Assembly (NCBI GenBank): GCA_964016885.1
Contig: OZ024749.1
Span: 32,674,001-32,738,000 of the forward strand
Direction: 5' to 3'
DNA from: Eledone cirrhosa
Lineage: Eukaryota
Length of the DNA stretch: 64,000 nucleotides
Shown here: positions 27,750 through 41,808 of the stretch, piece by piece
How the letters are laid out: each line of letters opens with the position of its first letter
Position numbering within the stretch: position 1 is the first letter of the stretch
The notes under the pieces: model-generated
Seen by the model: only the letters and a program-made list of their open reading frames with translations
What the model was told of the DNA's origin: nothing
Databases searched by the model: none
Program-made: the position numbers and the translations under genes

Positions 27750-28878
27750 AGGACAATATTTACATATTTACCTGTGTAGTGTGGGACAATATTTACATAT
27801 ATACCTGTGTAGTGTGGGACAATATTTACATATACACCTGTGTAGTGTGGGACAATATTTACATATACACTTGTGTAGTGTGGGACAATATTTAACTGTA
27901 GTGTAAGACAATACTTACATATACACCTGAGTAGTGTGGGACAATATTTACATATACACCTGTGTAGTGTGGGACAATACTTACATATACACCTGAGTAG
28001 TGTGGGACAATATTTACATATACACCTGTGTAGTGTGGGACAATATTTACATATACACCTGTGTAGTGTGGGACAATATTTACATATACACCTGTGTAGG
28101 GTAGGACAATATTTACATATACACCTGTGTAGTGTGGGACAATACTTACATATACACCTGTGTAGGGGAGGACAATATTTACATATACACCTGTGTAGGG
28201 GAGGACAATATTTACATATACACCTGTGTAGTGTGGGACAATACTTACATATACACCTGTGTAGGGGAGGACAATATTTACATATACACCTGTGTAGTGT
28301 GGGACAATACTTACATATACACCTGTGTAGGGGAGGACAATATTTACATATACACATGTGTAGTGTGGGACAATATTTACATATATACCTGTGTAGGGTA
28401 GGACAATATTTACATATACACCTGTGTAGTGTGGGACAATACTTACATATACACCTGAGTAGTGTGGGACAATATTTACATATACACCTGTGTAGTGTGG
28501 GACAATACTTACATATACACCTGAGTAGTGTGGGACAATATTTACATATACACCTGTGTAGTGTGGGACATTTACATGTATACCTGAGTAGTGTGGGACA
28601 ATATTTACATATACACCTGTGTAGTGTGGGACATTTACATGTATACCTGAGTAGTGTGGGACAATATTTACATATATACCTGTGTAGTGTGGGACAATAT
28701 TTACATATATACCTGTGTAGGGTAGGACAATATTTACATATACACCTGTGTAGTGTGGGACAATATTTACATATACACCTGTGTAGGGTAGGACAATATT
28801 TACATATATACCTGTGTAGTGTGGGACAATACTTACATATATACCTGTGTAGGGTAGGACAATATTTACATATATACT
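27750..28878. repeat. 33-bp minisatellite, ~34 copies
   Basis: unit GGGACAATATTTACATATACACCTGTGTAGTGT with variants. Confidence 0.97.
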
Positions 28879-30796
28879 CTGTAAATATTCCACCATAATT
28901 ATCAGTACTGTAAAGATGAAGTTGTTTTCAACTGTCTCCTCATTTGACACTTCTGGTTAATTTACTGTTATTGAGTGTAAATGACCAATAAAGCATATCT
29001 CTTGTAGAGAGTGCATGGCTTAGTGGTGAGGGCATTCAGTGCACAATTGTAAAAATCACATTCGATTCCCAGTGGCACATTGTGTTCTTGATCAAGACAC
29101 TTTATTTCACATTTCTTCAGTCCACACAGCTGGCTAAAATAATTTGTACCTGTAATTCAATGGGCCAATCTTGTCATATCCTGTATCATATTGAATCTCT
29201 CTGAGAAATACGTTAAGGGTGTCCATGTCTGTGGAATGCTCAGCCACTTGCACATTAATTTCGCAGGCAGGCTTTTTCATTGATTAAACAACTAGAACCC
29301 TCATATAGAAAAAAAAACCTTCTATTACAATTTTATGTAAGAACCTTTAAGTTAAGTTCCAGCATCAGATTAATGATGAGATAATTAGTTATATTACTAA
29401 ATCCCACCAAATTCTTGGTTATTTAAAAATTATAGACAGTGTGTTTCATTAGAAATATGGTAATAAAAGGGTTAAAAACGTGAAAAATAAAACTTACAGG
29501 ACAAATTTGTGCATAATATTTTATTCCAAAACAATAATATAACATAAAATAAATCGTCAATACAAAATTGTAAATTTCCACTACAATGTGTTTATAATAT
29601 TTTTATGTACTTGTGATTTTTCTAAGTTAAAACTCCACATCTAAGAAAAATCTATATCAATTTTTGTAGATATATTTCACAAGAAATATATCAGCAAATG
29701 AGAAGATTAAAATAAACTGTTAAATTAATTTCTCCTTCATTCTTTCTTAGTTGTTTGTCTTCTTAGCTGAACTTCTCAGTTGCTAACAGCTGTATAGAAT
29801 CACACATTTGATATATGGTGACAAATGAACATAAAAGACTATAGAATATATGTATATATGAACCCGTAACTCCTGATGGAGTTGTGACATTTGTCGTTTT
29901 TTGGGTATTGTAAACCTGGTGAAGCCTATCTTCTTCTCCGGGTCTGACCATGGCTGATTTCTTCCAGAGAAGGAAGAGGGAGAGTGATGAAGAGGAAATG
30001 AGAAATAATTGATCCCAGTAGAGAACTGTTACTTTTTTTTTTATTGACCTTGAAAGGATGAAAGGCAAAGTTGACCTTGGTGCGATTTGGACTCGGAGAG
30101 CAGAGATCTGGAACGAACACCACAAAGCATTCAATTCAACATTCTAACAGCTCTGCTAATTTGTCACCAACAGAATATATTTGTAAATGAGAGAAAGAGA
30201 AGGAAATGGAGACTGAGAGAGACAGGATAAAAATAAAAGGAGTAATCAATAATTAGGAAAGTAAAATATTCTTTGTTTTATTTTTTTCAAGCTAATTCAA
30301 TTTAATTTGTGATATTTCATTCTCTACAATGCTACACAGCAAAATTTTTCAAATTGTAAATTTTATAAAGCAAAATTTTAATATATACTAGCCAGTAAAT
30401 ACTATAAAACAATTTTGCTACAATACCTATCTTCCCAAAAACTAATACAAGTTTACAGATTATTTCTCACAACATAGTTTAATACAGTTTACTAAATATG
30501 TATTTTCATGAAAAATCTAAACATTTTTACTCATATAAATAGAATATATTCAATTTGTTTCCCCACGTTTTTTTGTTTTTGTTTTATTAGTATTAGAATA
30601 TACAGTTTAATATCTATACAAAACATACTGGATCCTTTGAAACCACTTAAATAATGTCCTGCAAGAAATAACTGTTACAACTGCGTCATGGTAGAATCAT
30701 GATAGCTATTTATACATACACACATATATACTGGTTACTAACATGTTTTAAATTTTGTAATAAGATTATCAACCATAATAATGTCATGTGTGTTTG

Positions 30797-30827
<31 letters not shown>

Positions 30828-31059
30828 CATTCTGTAACTCTTTACACACACACAATGCAATTCCAATCTCAGTAATGTTACTACAATAAGAAGTTCTCTT
30901 TCCAATCACAAGATCGTGAGTTCTAATCGTACATTTATTTCTACAAAGTTATACATTTAATTCTGTATGTTATTTGTACATATATGCTGAACATTTAAGT
31001 AATTATACACTACAAATAAATGATTAAAATATCATTTTCATTCTTAATCACTTCCAAGT

Positions 31060-31365
31060 GTTAGTAATCAACATAAACTATGCTAACCATTAATTTATGA
31101 AAACACTAATTTCCCAGTTTATATAATTGTTCCTATATATGGTAATCCTGGTATATATGATATACCACATGCTAGTAATCAACACAAACTATAGGGTTTC
31201 TCTTATGAAAAAATAATTTGCCAGTTTATAAAATTGTTCCTATATATGGTAATTCTGGTATATTCAACATACCATGTGCCAGTAATCAACATAAACTATA
31301 GGGTTTCTCTTATGCAAAACATTAATTTCCCAGTTTGTATGATTGTTCCTATATATGGTAATCCT
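31060..31365. repeat. ~110-bp tandem repeat, ~3 copies
   Basis: AGTAATCAACATAAACTAT...ATTGTTCCTATATATGGTAAT recurs three times. Confidence 0.85.
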
Positions 31366-32022
31366 TGTCACACCAAATGCTATTGCTGTTACTATTGTTA
31401 ACACTAGTCTACTGGTATATTATAAAATGCCAAAACATTTTGTCAAACATCTTCCACTTGTTTACTAAGTACCAGTAATACACTGGGATAATTGCTGGCC
31501 TTGTGCCAAAAGTAGAAACAATTATTTCATATGCTGTAGATATAACAGTATAGGTGTTTTAAATAGTTATCAGGAATTCTTCATGCTAAAATTGTTTCAG
31601 TTTCAAAATACAATTTCAGATCAAGTAATTTGCTAAACAAACACAATCCTGAAATAACTGTTAACCCCCTTTTTTTTTACTGAACTACCTGAAACTGATC
31701 CTAATTCTATGATGGCTGTTTACGTCTACTTAAATTCTAAAATCTAAAGCCTGTCTCGAGTCCAGTGGTTCATCAGGCCGGTGCTTAACCCAGTTTTTGT
31801 GGTGTTAAGCAACTAAGAGTATAAGACTTCCCCCTGGACAGGAGGCCCTGTCTATCACAGGGTTAACCCCCCCCCCCAGCTGAGTATACTGGAGCAACAA
31901 CATGAAATGAAGTGTTTTGCTCAAGAACACAACACACAACCCAGTCTTCAGGGATTGAACCCATGATGTAATGATCACTAGGCCACATGTCTCCATCATC
32001 ATTTATGTAAGAACCTTTGTTA

Positions 32023-32252
32023 AGTTATTCTCTAAACACCAGCTTAATGATTTCTAAATTAGTTATTCTCTAAACACCAGCTTAATGATTTCTAAATTAG
32101 TTATTCTCTAAACACCAGCTTAATGATTTCTAAATTAGTTATTCTCTAAACACCAGCTTAATGATTTCTAAATTAGTTATTCTCTAAACACCAGCTTAAT
32201 GATTTCTAAATTAGTTATTCTCTAAACACCAGCTTAATGATTTCTAAATTAG
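32023..32252. repeat. 38-bp tandem repeat, 6 copies
   Basis: AGTTATTCTCTAAACACCAGCTTAATGATTTCTAAATT. Confidence 0.97.
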
Positions 32253-33347
32253 GCGTAAAACCACCAATTTGTGAGGAGAGGAAAACCAATTATAGTCAAC
32301 CCCAGGAAGATGAAAAGCAAAGTTGACATCAGTGAGATTTGAACTCAGAACATAAAGGGCTATACCAAAATACTGCATTTTATCCAACACTCTACCAATA
32401 CTACCAATCCACCACCTTTAATAATGTAAAGTTATATTATTAAATCCCTCAGAATTCGTGGTTATTTTCAAAATGATCTAAAAATCATAGATAGTGTCCT
32501 TCATTAGAAATATGATAATGGAATGGTTAATATTGTCAAAATTATTTAGACTAAGTAGTATAGGCCTATCTCTCATATTTATTCAAATTAATACCAAAGG
32601 CACAGAGGAAAATGGCTAAAAAAATTAATGTATATATTAGTTCCTGAATATAGCATTATTAAATAAATATATATATATATATGTATGTATTGGAGAACAG
32701 AAACCTTTTAAGTGAGATCCACTAAAATATTGATTCACTACAACAGATGATTTAGGTAAGAGTATAAAATGGCAAGACTATATTGTATCTATATTTGGCC
32801 AGAGATGAGAATGGGGTAATTAAAAATTCAGTAAAGCAGATTTTATGCTCTTCTCTGGAGGTTAAGAAATAATGTTTTATTGTAGAAGAGTTTATTTTAT
32901 TAGTTTATGAATATTATTTTACACATCCAAATGATTACTAAGTCACTATTTGCAAATTTATATGCAATGTGGTTCAAACTTTTTAAACATAAATTTGAAT
33001 TATGCGAGATTCAAAAAATATTTCTTTTAAAGAAAAGAAAAAAAGAAAATAAAACAATGGCAAAAATACTTTTGAAAGACTGCCTCAACATTTCTACTAA
33101 ATAAATGTCATTTACCAAAGTTAAAAGTCTCTTAATTAGAAATCAAGCAACTTAGGTGAAAATAAAATTTATATAGGGAGCTCCAGTTTATATGACAAGC
33201 ATGTGGTTAAATGTAAACCTTAGCTACCATACTGACAACAGAATTATTTTTCTATTTTCTTAAATAAAGAAAAATGTTTCGTTTTTTTTATTTTTTAATA
33301 TTCATACCAGTAGCAACGGTAGAATTAAATGGGGAGTAAAATTGTAT

Positions 33348-33432
33348 TTAGTATCGATGGTCTGTAATCATTTCTGGTCGTCGAGGGTCATCAACAGCAA
33401 TGCCCTGAGCATTATGTAATAACATCTCCGCT
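33348..33432 (-). CDS. terminal coding exon of the same membrane protein
   Basis: TTTTATTTGTTGTAG acceptor, phase 2 matches the previous donor; (R)AEMLLHNAQGIAVDDPRRPEMITDHRY-stop. Confidence 0.65.
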
Positions 33433-34702
33433 CTACAACAAATAAAACAAAAGCTACAATAACATTTGAAAATTATTAACCTAGAAATTCACGATACACC
33501 GCCAAACACACAACCACCCTCCCCCATCCTTTATATTTCAGCTGGTACTTTCTTTATTGACACCGGAAGGATAAAAGGAAAAGTGGACCTTGGTGGTATT
33601 TGAACTCAGAACGAAGGGATCAGGAAAAACTATCCAATGCTCTAATGACTTAGCTCTTTGACATTTCAATATTAACTAATTACAACAGATATCTGACAAA
33701 AGACCAAGATGATTGTTTGAGGTTAACTCCCTTTTACATCCAAATCCAATTTTAACATATATTTAGTAAGCTAGTGACAGCATGAAAATATATTGGCTTT
33801 AAAAACAAAGGATATCTATGTTAGTGCACTGTAAGATGAAGAAAGGACTAACATTTTAGTTAGGGGCTTTCGTTGAGGGGAAAAAAGAACTTTTTAGAAG
33901 AAATAATAAAGGATTACAAACATAACTGATTATAATCTATAATTGATAACTTTTAAATACCGAATTTATTGAAATTTCAAGTAAATTATAATATATATAT
34001 ATAAAAAGATTTTTTTAAATAAATAGCAAAAGTATAGGTAAGAGGAGAGGAAGTTACATATTCTACTCTAGCTGTTGTCACTACACCCCAGTCAATGTGG
34101 TATATCTCAGCTATGTCACTACATTACACCCCAGTCAATGTGGTATATCTCAGCTATGTCACTATATCTTAGTATAGGTGGTATACCACTGCTGTGTCTC
34201 TTTACTCCAGCCTCTGTGGCATATCTCAGCCACACCCAGTGGACAAAATGGCAAGGGCAATCAGCCACTCAATCTCAAAGGACTTCTTTGTCAGACAGGA
34301 TGCACTCCTTCTAATTTTGCAGTTTAGAGACAGAGGACACCAGAGGTCTCTACAACGACCAGCAAGAACAGGAAGCAGTCAGTTAAGTTCATTTGACTAT
34401 GTTTCTCTCCTCCATGTCAGTGTTCAGTATTGTGGTTGAAGAGACAAGTTTGGAGGTGGAAAACATGTTGCTGCAGGTGGCGAGTCAATTGAGAGATTTA
34501 CTTCCCTTGATCAGGAATATGGTTATCATGTCTAAGTAGTTAGCATGATGACAGCTGATGCTGGGAGTCTCCAGCTATGATAGAAACTGGCTGTGTCAGC
34601 ATGACAAGGGAACTGACTTTCACTTGTTAAATCAATATTTCAGTATTAATTTGTAGTTTATTTCAATGTTATCCTAAAACTTAAAAGTGAAGATTTACTT
34701 AC

Positions 34703-34913
34703 CTTCGAGCTTTCTTTTCTTTATGTTTCCGAATACAAAGTAAAGCAAACACAGAAAGAAATATACAAGGGATTGCAATAGCCATTACAATCAGAGCAAA
34801 GAAAAGTGTTTGATCTTTTGTGTTCAAGTGGCTAAAAAAACTCTTGCCATCTGAAACATGAGGCTTGAAGTGATAATGTTGTTCAGTACCATTTTCTGTG
34901 GCCATATCAAAAA
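34703..34913 (-). CDS. transmembrane exon of an uncharacterised single-pass membrane protein
   Basis: CAG acceptor at 34914, GTAAGT donor at 34702; (V)FDMATENGTEQ...TLFFALIVMAIAIPCIFLSVFALLCIRKHKEKKAR: NGT sequon, ~24-aa hydrophobic helix, basic stop-transfer cluster. Confidence 0.75.
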
Positions 34914-35928
34914 CTGAATGGAAGAGAAAGTTTTTTAAATTGTATCAAACACAAATTCTAAGAAAATTTCATATTGATCTAAATAAATTTAATTGAGCTA
35001 AACAACATCTTATACAAAAAAGAAAATTGGTTCCATGAAATACTACATCGACAATTGACATCATTCTCGTGAATAGCAAAATAACCATTAAAATAAGGCT
35101 TGAAAACGATTTAAGAAATTTAAATCTAAATTTAATCCCAAAGAGAAGAAATTGGAACACTTTTCACTGAAAGTTCCTTATACTCCCAAGAAGGGAATTT
35201 TAAGTCCGAAATATTAGGACGAAAGAAACAACAGCAACAACAAAAAAAAAAGATTACCAGGTAACTTACTTTTTTGTTACCTTCATCTTACAGTCCATTT
35301 TGCATTGTTTAGCCTGATATCTCTTTCCACATTAAATTTAATTGAAATGTAATCAAAGTTGTATCATCATCATCTTCATCATCACCATTTTACATTTATT
35401 TTCAATGTCTGAATGTGTCTCCCTCATATGTTCTGTTCTGACATAATTTCTATGGTTGGATATCCTTCCTAATGCCAACCACTCAACAGTGAGTACAAGG
35501 AGTATTTTATTGTGGCACTACCATCACCAATGACAGGGTGGGCTGAGTGCTTTTTACCATGATACCAGTACTACCACTTTGTAGAGTGGGTTGAGTGCAT
35601 TTTACTGTACCACCAGTACTACCATTTTACAAGGTAGACTGGGTGTATTTTATTGTGGTGTTAGCATTAGGTGAACTGGTATGTCCTCAGTCATGCAGTG
35701 ATAGGTTATTGAAATAAATAATTAAAATATCAATTATAACAGATTAAATTATTCTTTTTTTTTTTTTCAAGAACCTGATATTAATAATAACAACATTGAA
35801 ATATGTCAAAAGTCAAAAAGAAATACATTAAATGTTGGTGTAAAGTCCCCTCCCAAACTAGAGGTCAGCTTAACCCTTTAGCATTCACATTATTTTATAT
35901 ATACTATATTTTCATGATAAAGGCTTTA

Positions 35929-36493
35929 ATAAGGAAATTATTGTGTAAAGTGCTCAGGTGCACTACAACTCGTCAAAGGTGTATTTATAGTACATAGAAT
36001 AATACACAAATGTCAGGGAAGTACATGTGTGTATGTGTTAGCTGTAGTGTTGGCGGATCTCGGGAAGCATGGAGGCCTTAAAGGATGCAGTGTCGCGACA
36101 GCTAACAACTGATGCAGGTAGTTTGTTCCATGCTTCAGCAACTCTGAACGCGAAAAAATGTTTCCGAAAGTCATGGGAACTGTGCTGTTTTCTTACTTTG
36201 TGGGCATGTCCACGTGTGTTAGACACATGGAAATCAAAAAGGTACTCAGGGTTGTTGTTGGCAAGATGGTTAACAATTTTGTGGGTGTTTACCAAGCCAG
36301 TTGCCAGGCGTCGGAGCTTCAATGTATCCATGCCCAGGGAAGCAAGGCGCTCAGAGTATGGTAGATGCCTGATGGAGGGTATTCGCTTGGTTGCACGTCT
36401 CTGAACAGTTTCCAGGCGGTCAATGTTCTGAGCAAGATAGGGGTTCCAGACTGGTGATGCAAATTCTAAGTGTGGTCGCACCATAGCCATGTA
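35929..36493 (-). mobile_element. CR1-type LINE 3' fragment nested in a MITE
   Basis: same motifs; flanked by CTTTA at 35924 and 36494. Confidence 0.9.
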
Positions 36494-37058
36494 CTTTACC
36501 TCACATAATATCGAATCTATGAGATTTTGAAAGTATTTATTTTGAGAACAATACCTTAACATCAGTTTGAGCGACCAGCTACAGCCAGTTTCAACAGAAA
36601 GAGGTAGAGAATTCTGGCTGGTTTTGGCCGGTTTGAACACTAAAGGGTTAAACAATAAATATAAAATCTGATGGTTTAGAATGACTTTAATTGTAATTGA
36701 GAAATACCTTAATATATATACCTCTTATGTTCCTACCTTTCAATATTTTCTATTATATTTTGGAAGCTGGATTAATATTAAGGTTATATTATAATAATAG
36801 TAATGATTTCAAATAAAACCTATCTAACTATACCTTAATTCTGGACACCCCATAATGAGTTGGCAAAAATATCTTAAAAACATGGGTTTATAGTATTTTT
36901 ATTTGTGGATATATGATGTAAAAATCTGTCGTAAACTAAAGACATTAATTTTTAATGAAATACAATCATAGTGTTGTTTGTACTGTTTGAGACTGTCTTG
37001 CTAATGCAGTTTCATGTTGTATAGGATGTGAAGAGTTAATAGACAGCAGTAAACCTAC

Positions 37059-37196
37059 CTGATATATAGCAGTCAGCATTTGTAATAGTTGATAAACAGC
37101 AAACAACTAGCAGAGGTCCTATAGTGTATTTACAGTGTTTACATTGATAGAGTGCTCTTTCATAAAGCTTTATCAAGGCTGAACAGCTTGACAAAG
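37059..37196 (-). CDS. candidate upstream Cys-rich exon of the membrane protein (could be 5'UTR)
   Basis: TTCTTTCACATAG acceptor, CAG/GTAGGT donor, 138 nt, open in phase 1-1 (LSSCSALIKLYERALYQCKHCKYTIGPLLVVCCLSTITNADCYIS); joins in frame to 34913. Confidence 0.45.
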
Positions 37197-38029
37197 CTAT
37201 GTGAAAGAATATTTTATTAATCTATAGTTATCATCCTTTGTCAGGGTAACTGTAGATTAGCAGCATATATTTAAAATACTGGTAGGTGGTGATCTGTTGA
37301 CAAAAATAACCCACTGCAATTGAACAGTTTGTGTTAATTAGGCCAATCACAATAAACCTTAAAGTTACTTAGTACTTTTAAACATTTAATTATTTCTTTA
37401 CCATAATTGCATAAAAGACACCAGTAGCATAGTTGTATGTCACTATGCACCCCCCCCCCCCCCCACCCCCACCACCACCACCACCATGACTCCACCAGGA
37501 ATTATGGACCCATACATTTGTACATCCAGGGACAGTTTCAGAAGGTCTGGTATTAAAAGGGTTTTTTACTTTATGCTAAAGAAAAAAAGGCTAATACCAC
37601 ACGCATCCATCATTTTATGAGAAATTCCTATACACTGAACCAAACCTACCACAGTTGACCACTGTTGTAAAATATTGTCAGGTAGTCTTATGTTGAATGG
37701 AGGCATATGGCCAAGTGGTTAAAGTGTTGGGCTTATGATTGTAATGTCATGGGTTTGATTGTTGGATCAGGTGGCACGTTGAGTTCTTGAGGAAAACACT
37801 TCAGAACACACAGCTGAAAATGAGTACCAGCAGTAGCTGGGGTTAACTCTGCAATGGACTGGTGCCAATGAAAGTAGCATAAGCTCTGGTCTGATGAGCC
37901 TCTGGGCTTGGACACACTTTTTAAAAAATAATTTTAAACTTTCATTTTAAGTCTTATGCTGTGAGTATAGCTGAAAACCTACATTTTAAATAGAAATTCT
38001 GAGAGTTGTTTTATAAACTGATATATGCA

Positions 38030-38535
38030 TAAAAAGGTGCAGAGCACTAGAAGTCAATGGAAAGTGCAGAGTGGGGAGACCCAAGAAGACCTGGGATGAG
38101 GTGATAAAAGCCGACCATGCCCAATTACACCTCTCAAAGGCGATTACACACGACCGTGACCTCTGGCGTCACGCAGTAATACAGAGTACCCGACCTCCCA
38201 TGGGTACAGGCCGAAGCTGAAGCATATAGACAATATGCCCCCACACCCTCCCACTGTCAAGTGGTCGTGGAGGTGCCACGGCAAAAAAGCACCCAGCCCA
38301 CACTGTAAAGTGGATGTGTAGGCGCCACGGAAAAAAAAGCACCCAGCACTCACTGTAAATGAGGTTGGTGTTAGGAAGGGCATCCAGCTGTAGAAATCAA
38401 GCCAGAATCAGTTCCCGTATGAGCAAGACATGGTCAGCCGACCAGACACTGCCCACAACAGGACAACCCATATAACCCAACATAGTGTGGAAGAACGGAC
38501 GTAAAACGCTGATGATGATGATGATGATGATGATA
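38030..38535 (+). mobile_element. RTE 3' end with 3'UTR and (GAT)n tail
   Basis: GRPKKTWDEV, HDRDLWR. Confidence 0.8.
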
Positions 38536-40008
38536 CAGTAGAGTGAGGTAGAGTGTTAAAGCTTCTAAAAATAACTAGAATTGCTAGGTATAGGAAGACC
38601 AAGAAAAACAATGCCACATACCAGCACCTATACCTGAGGTGCAAGTGAACTTGGCAAGATAGTATAAACAGTATATAAATATAGAATTCAACTAGCCAGG
38701 GAAAATAAGTAATAACAAATTAGATTGTTAGCAAGGTATCTAAGAGGAAGCAGAGTATACATGTGTGCATGTGTCATCATCATCATCATTTTGAAATCCA
38801 TATTTCCATACTAGACAGATGGTTTGAGATAATGTTTAACTGTCCTGATGCTAACTTTTTTTAGTTGTCTTTTATGACACGATAGTGGTCATGTAGGTGT
38901 CACAACAAAAAGCACCCAGTCCACACTTTCAGGTGGTCGTGTAGCCCCCATTACACACTGTAAATGTGGTTGGCATTAAGAAGGGCATCTAGCCATACAA
39001 AACCAGCAAGAAAGAGTCCTATATGAGCGAGACACGGTCACCAGATTTAACTTGCCTCAAATGGGACAAACCCGTCTAACCCATGCTAGCGTGGAAGATG
39101 GACGTTAAACGATGATGATGATGATGATGATACAGAGTATCTATTTTAAAAAAACTGGGATACACATGGCATATACACTGGGTAAGGATGGGCAGAGAAG
39201 AAAGGAAGCAAACAGCCATTTAAGAAACCAAACTAAACAACATTTTTCAGCTTCTCAGTAAATGTCTTTCGGGATGGGCTCAGCCAGGATGAATTTGCTC
39301 AATCCAGCCCCTTCCTCTAGGGAAAAATGAAGTGAAATAAGTCTTCAGACCCCCAGTTTTATGTCCTAAATATTTTATTCTTTCTGTAATTACTTACTGA
39401 GCAGATTCATTTGTTTAAGGTGTGCTAAAGAGAAAGACCTCTATGTGTGCCTTTGACCTGCTAGAAAGAGCAGCCAAATCTTTCAAATTACACCTCAATG
39501 TCTTTTAATTGTCATGATTTAGTAGAAAATGCCTAAGGATGGAGTGTCTTATTTGAATGTTTATAGTATTTTTAATAGTGGACAAATCATTGTAAAAATT
39601 TGCAGTATTAGATAGAGTAAAGATTTTAATTTTTAATGTGATGCAGCCATAGTTCTGTTTTGTACTTTTTAAGAATATCTTACTACTACAGTACAAGGCA
39701 TTAGATGTTAAACAATGAGGTATAATTTGAAAGAACATAGTGAAGAATGCAGCCCTAGATACTTAGAAGAAATAATAAGACATATTGACCATGGCTGAGA
39801 TGTCTTCAACCAATGGGGTGTTTGATGAAGGCTGTTCTAGAGCTAAACAACAACAGGTGTGGTCAATGGAGGCTGTTTTGGAGCTAAACAATAACAACAG
39901 GTGTGTTAGATGGAAGCTGTTCTGGAACTAAACAACAACAACAGGTGTGGTCAGTGGAGGCTGTTCTGCAGCTAAACAACAACTTAAGGGTAGGGTTTTG
40001 CCCTCAAG

Positions 40009-40570
40009 GGGTATTATTATAAAATGACACCCACACTAATTTTAGAGTGAAATCATTTTTCTTTGGTTTCTGCATGTATTTTCAATTAAACTTAGCTCCT
40101 AATATGGTACAAAGGACGTTTTTTTGGGGGGTGGGGGCTCGGGAAAGGGAGGAAAGAGAGGGGGACGCTCAGACTCCCCTATCCTCGAGTTTTCTTTACC
40201 ATTTCTTTTTCCTCTAGGTTTTTTCGTGTGCTACTAACTAATCTTACCTCCAAACATACTGGAAAGGACTTTTTCCCTCGGAAAATGGAGGGAGACGAGG
40301 AGAAACCCTTGGACTTTTCACACATACACCCCCTCCTCTGGGGTTAGGATTGGGGTTGTGGGTAAAGAAAACTCCGGGAGCGAGGAAGATCCGAGGTTCC
40401 CCCTCTCCCCTCCGTTTTCTGGGATAAGATTAAGTGGTAGTATACGAAAAAAAATAAAATAATAATAATAATAACAGGGAAAAAATTGTAAAGAAAACTC
40501 CTTGGTAAAAACTCCATGATAAAAAAAAGTCCTTTGTACCATATTAGTAGGTAAGTTTAATTGATAGAAA
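40009..40570. mobile_element. non-autonomous DNA transposon; related right end at ~51980-52250
   Basis: inverted repeat 40082-40117/40529-40564; GGGTATTATTATA at 40009 is the reverse complement of the terminus at 52250. Confidence 0.6.
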
Positions 40571-41027
40571 ATTTCATGAACAGGCTGTTCTGTTGATCCA
40601 ATTACTGGAACGCTTAAACCGACGGAGATCCATTACCATTCTTACCACTCATGTTTGCTGTCAGCCAGAATTATAGCAGTAGTACTTATTCCGTCCAGAA
40701 TTATTAAATCTAATACCAATTAGTTTCACTTAAAATAATTACTATCATATCTATACACTATAAAACAACAACAAACAAGCCAGATTTCTTTCTTTGAAAT
40801 AATGCTTTCTGAAAATGAAGATTTTTCTTTATCCTTTTTTATAATTTTAATAATCTTAATATATTATTGATTGCACTTCATTGCTATTACATATAATTTG
40901 TAAATTGGGGTACAAAAACTGTTCGTGTTTCATAAAATGAACTGATTTATGTTTACGTCTAAACAATAATTGTTTATAAACAATTACTGTTGCATTTTAT
41001 TTAGATATAAATTCCTTTTACACCCAC

Positions 41028-41075
<48 letters not shown>

Positions 41076-41490
41076 ATGTGTCTATATATATATATATATG
41101 TGCGTGTGTGTGTATGTATATATATATATATGTGTGTGTGTGTGTATACATGTGTGTGTGCAATCACCTGCAACAAGGTACAATGGAAGTTCCCTCTAAT
41201 AATTTTAGAGACAAGCCAACACATGTGTTTAGAAACCTAATTACACGTGTTATCTAATTGTTTATGTTATCGAAAAATTACTAATCTGACTTGGAGGGAA
41301 CAGATTTTCTGAACGTCTCAATATACGTTCGTAGAAATAGTTAAAACCATAACTTTTCATTCATTTACTACTAAGTGAACGACTATAAATCTGTCCAATA
41401 AAATCAGACGTATAATTTACGAGTTTAGAAATATTCCCTACTCTTTACTTTTAGACTATAAATATCTATATATATTCAGATGAATAAATA

Positions 41491-41808
41491 TCAATATACA
41501 TTCCTCTGCTCCAGCGAACGGGGCACTGGAGTTCCATCCATAACGTTAGGATCTGTTTTCTTGACCTCTAGTCTTTTGATTTTTTTTCCTTTTCGTTTAT
41601 ATTTTCTCTCGTATCTTTTATCAAATGGTTCTATTCCATTTTTGCTTTTAATTCCTCGTTTTATTCTTATACTTCGCTGTCTAATAAAATACGGATTCAT
41701 CTGGTCAGAGATGTCCACATGGCTACGTTTGTAACCTTCTGTAAGGTCACTAGACAAACTATAAACAACTATATCAGCTACTTGCTTTTTTCTATCTAGA
41801 TCCAAAAC
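41491..41808 (-). CDS. possible terminal exon encoding a basic 105-aa stretch
   Basis: non-repetitive open frame in AT-rich DNA preceded by a TAG acceptor; no homology recognised and no convincing upstream exon. Confidence 0.25.
   Translation of the reverse strand, partial: VLDLDRKKQVADIVVYSLSSDLTEGYKRSHVDISDQMNPYFIRQRSIRIKRGIKSKNGIEPFDKRYERKYKRKGKKIKRLEVKKTDPNVMDGTPVPRSLEQRNVY

Noticed and set aside
27892-28950. 352-aa ORF as a real gene
   Set aside because: Begins at GTG, consists of minisatellite and has no splice context; kept only as a low-interest finding
32023-32252. CRISPR-like array of 38-bp repeats
   Set aside because: Repeats are contiguous with no unique spacers, there are no cas genes, and the context is eukaryotic
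36038-36655. 205-aa ORF as a host gene
   Set aside because: Chimera of MITE sequence and a CR1 ORF2 C-terminus
38408-38644. Hydrophobic ORF as a signal-peptide exon of the membrane-protein gene
   Set aside because: No good phase-compatible donor; the frame runs into an RTE tail
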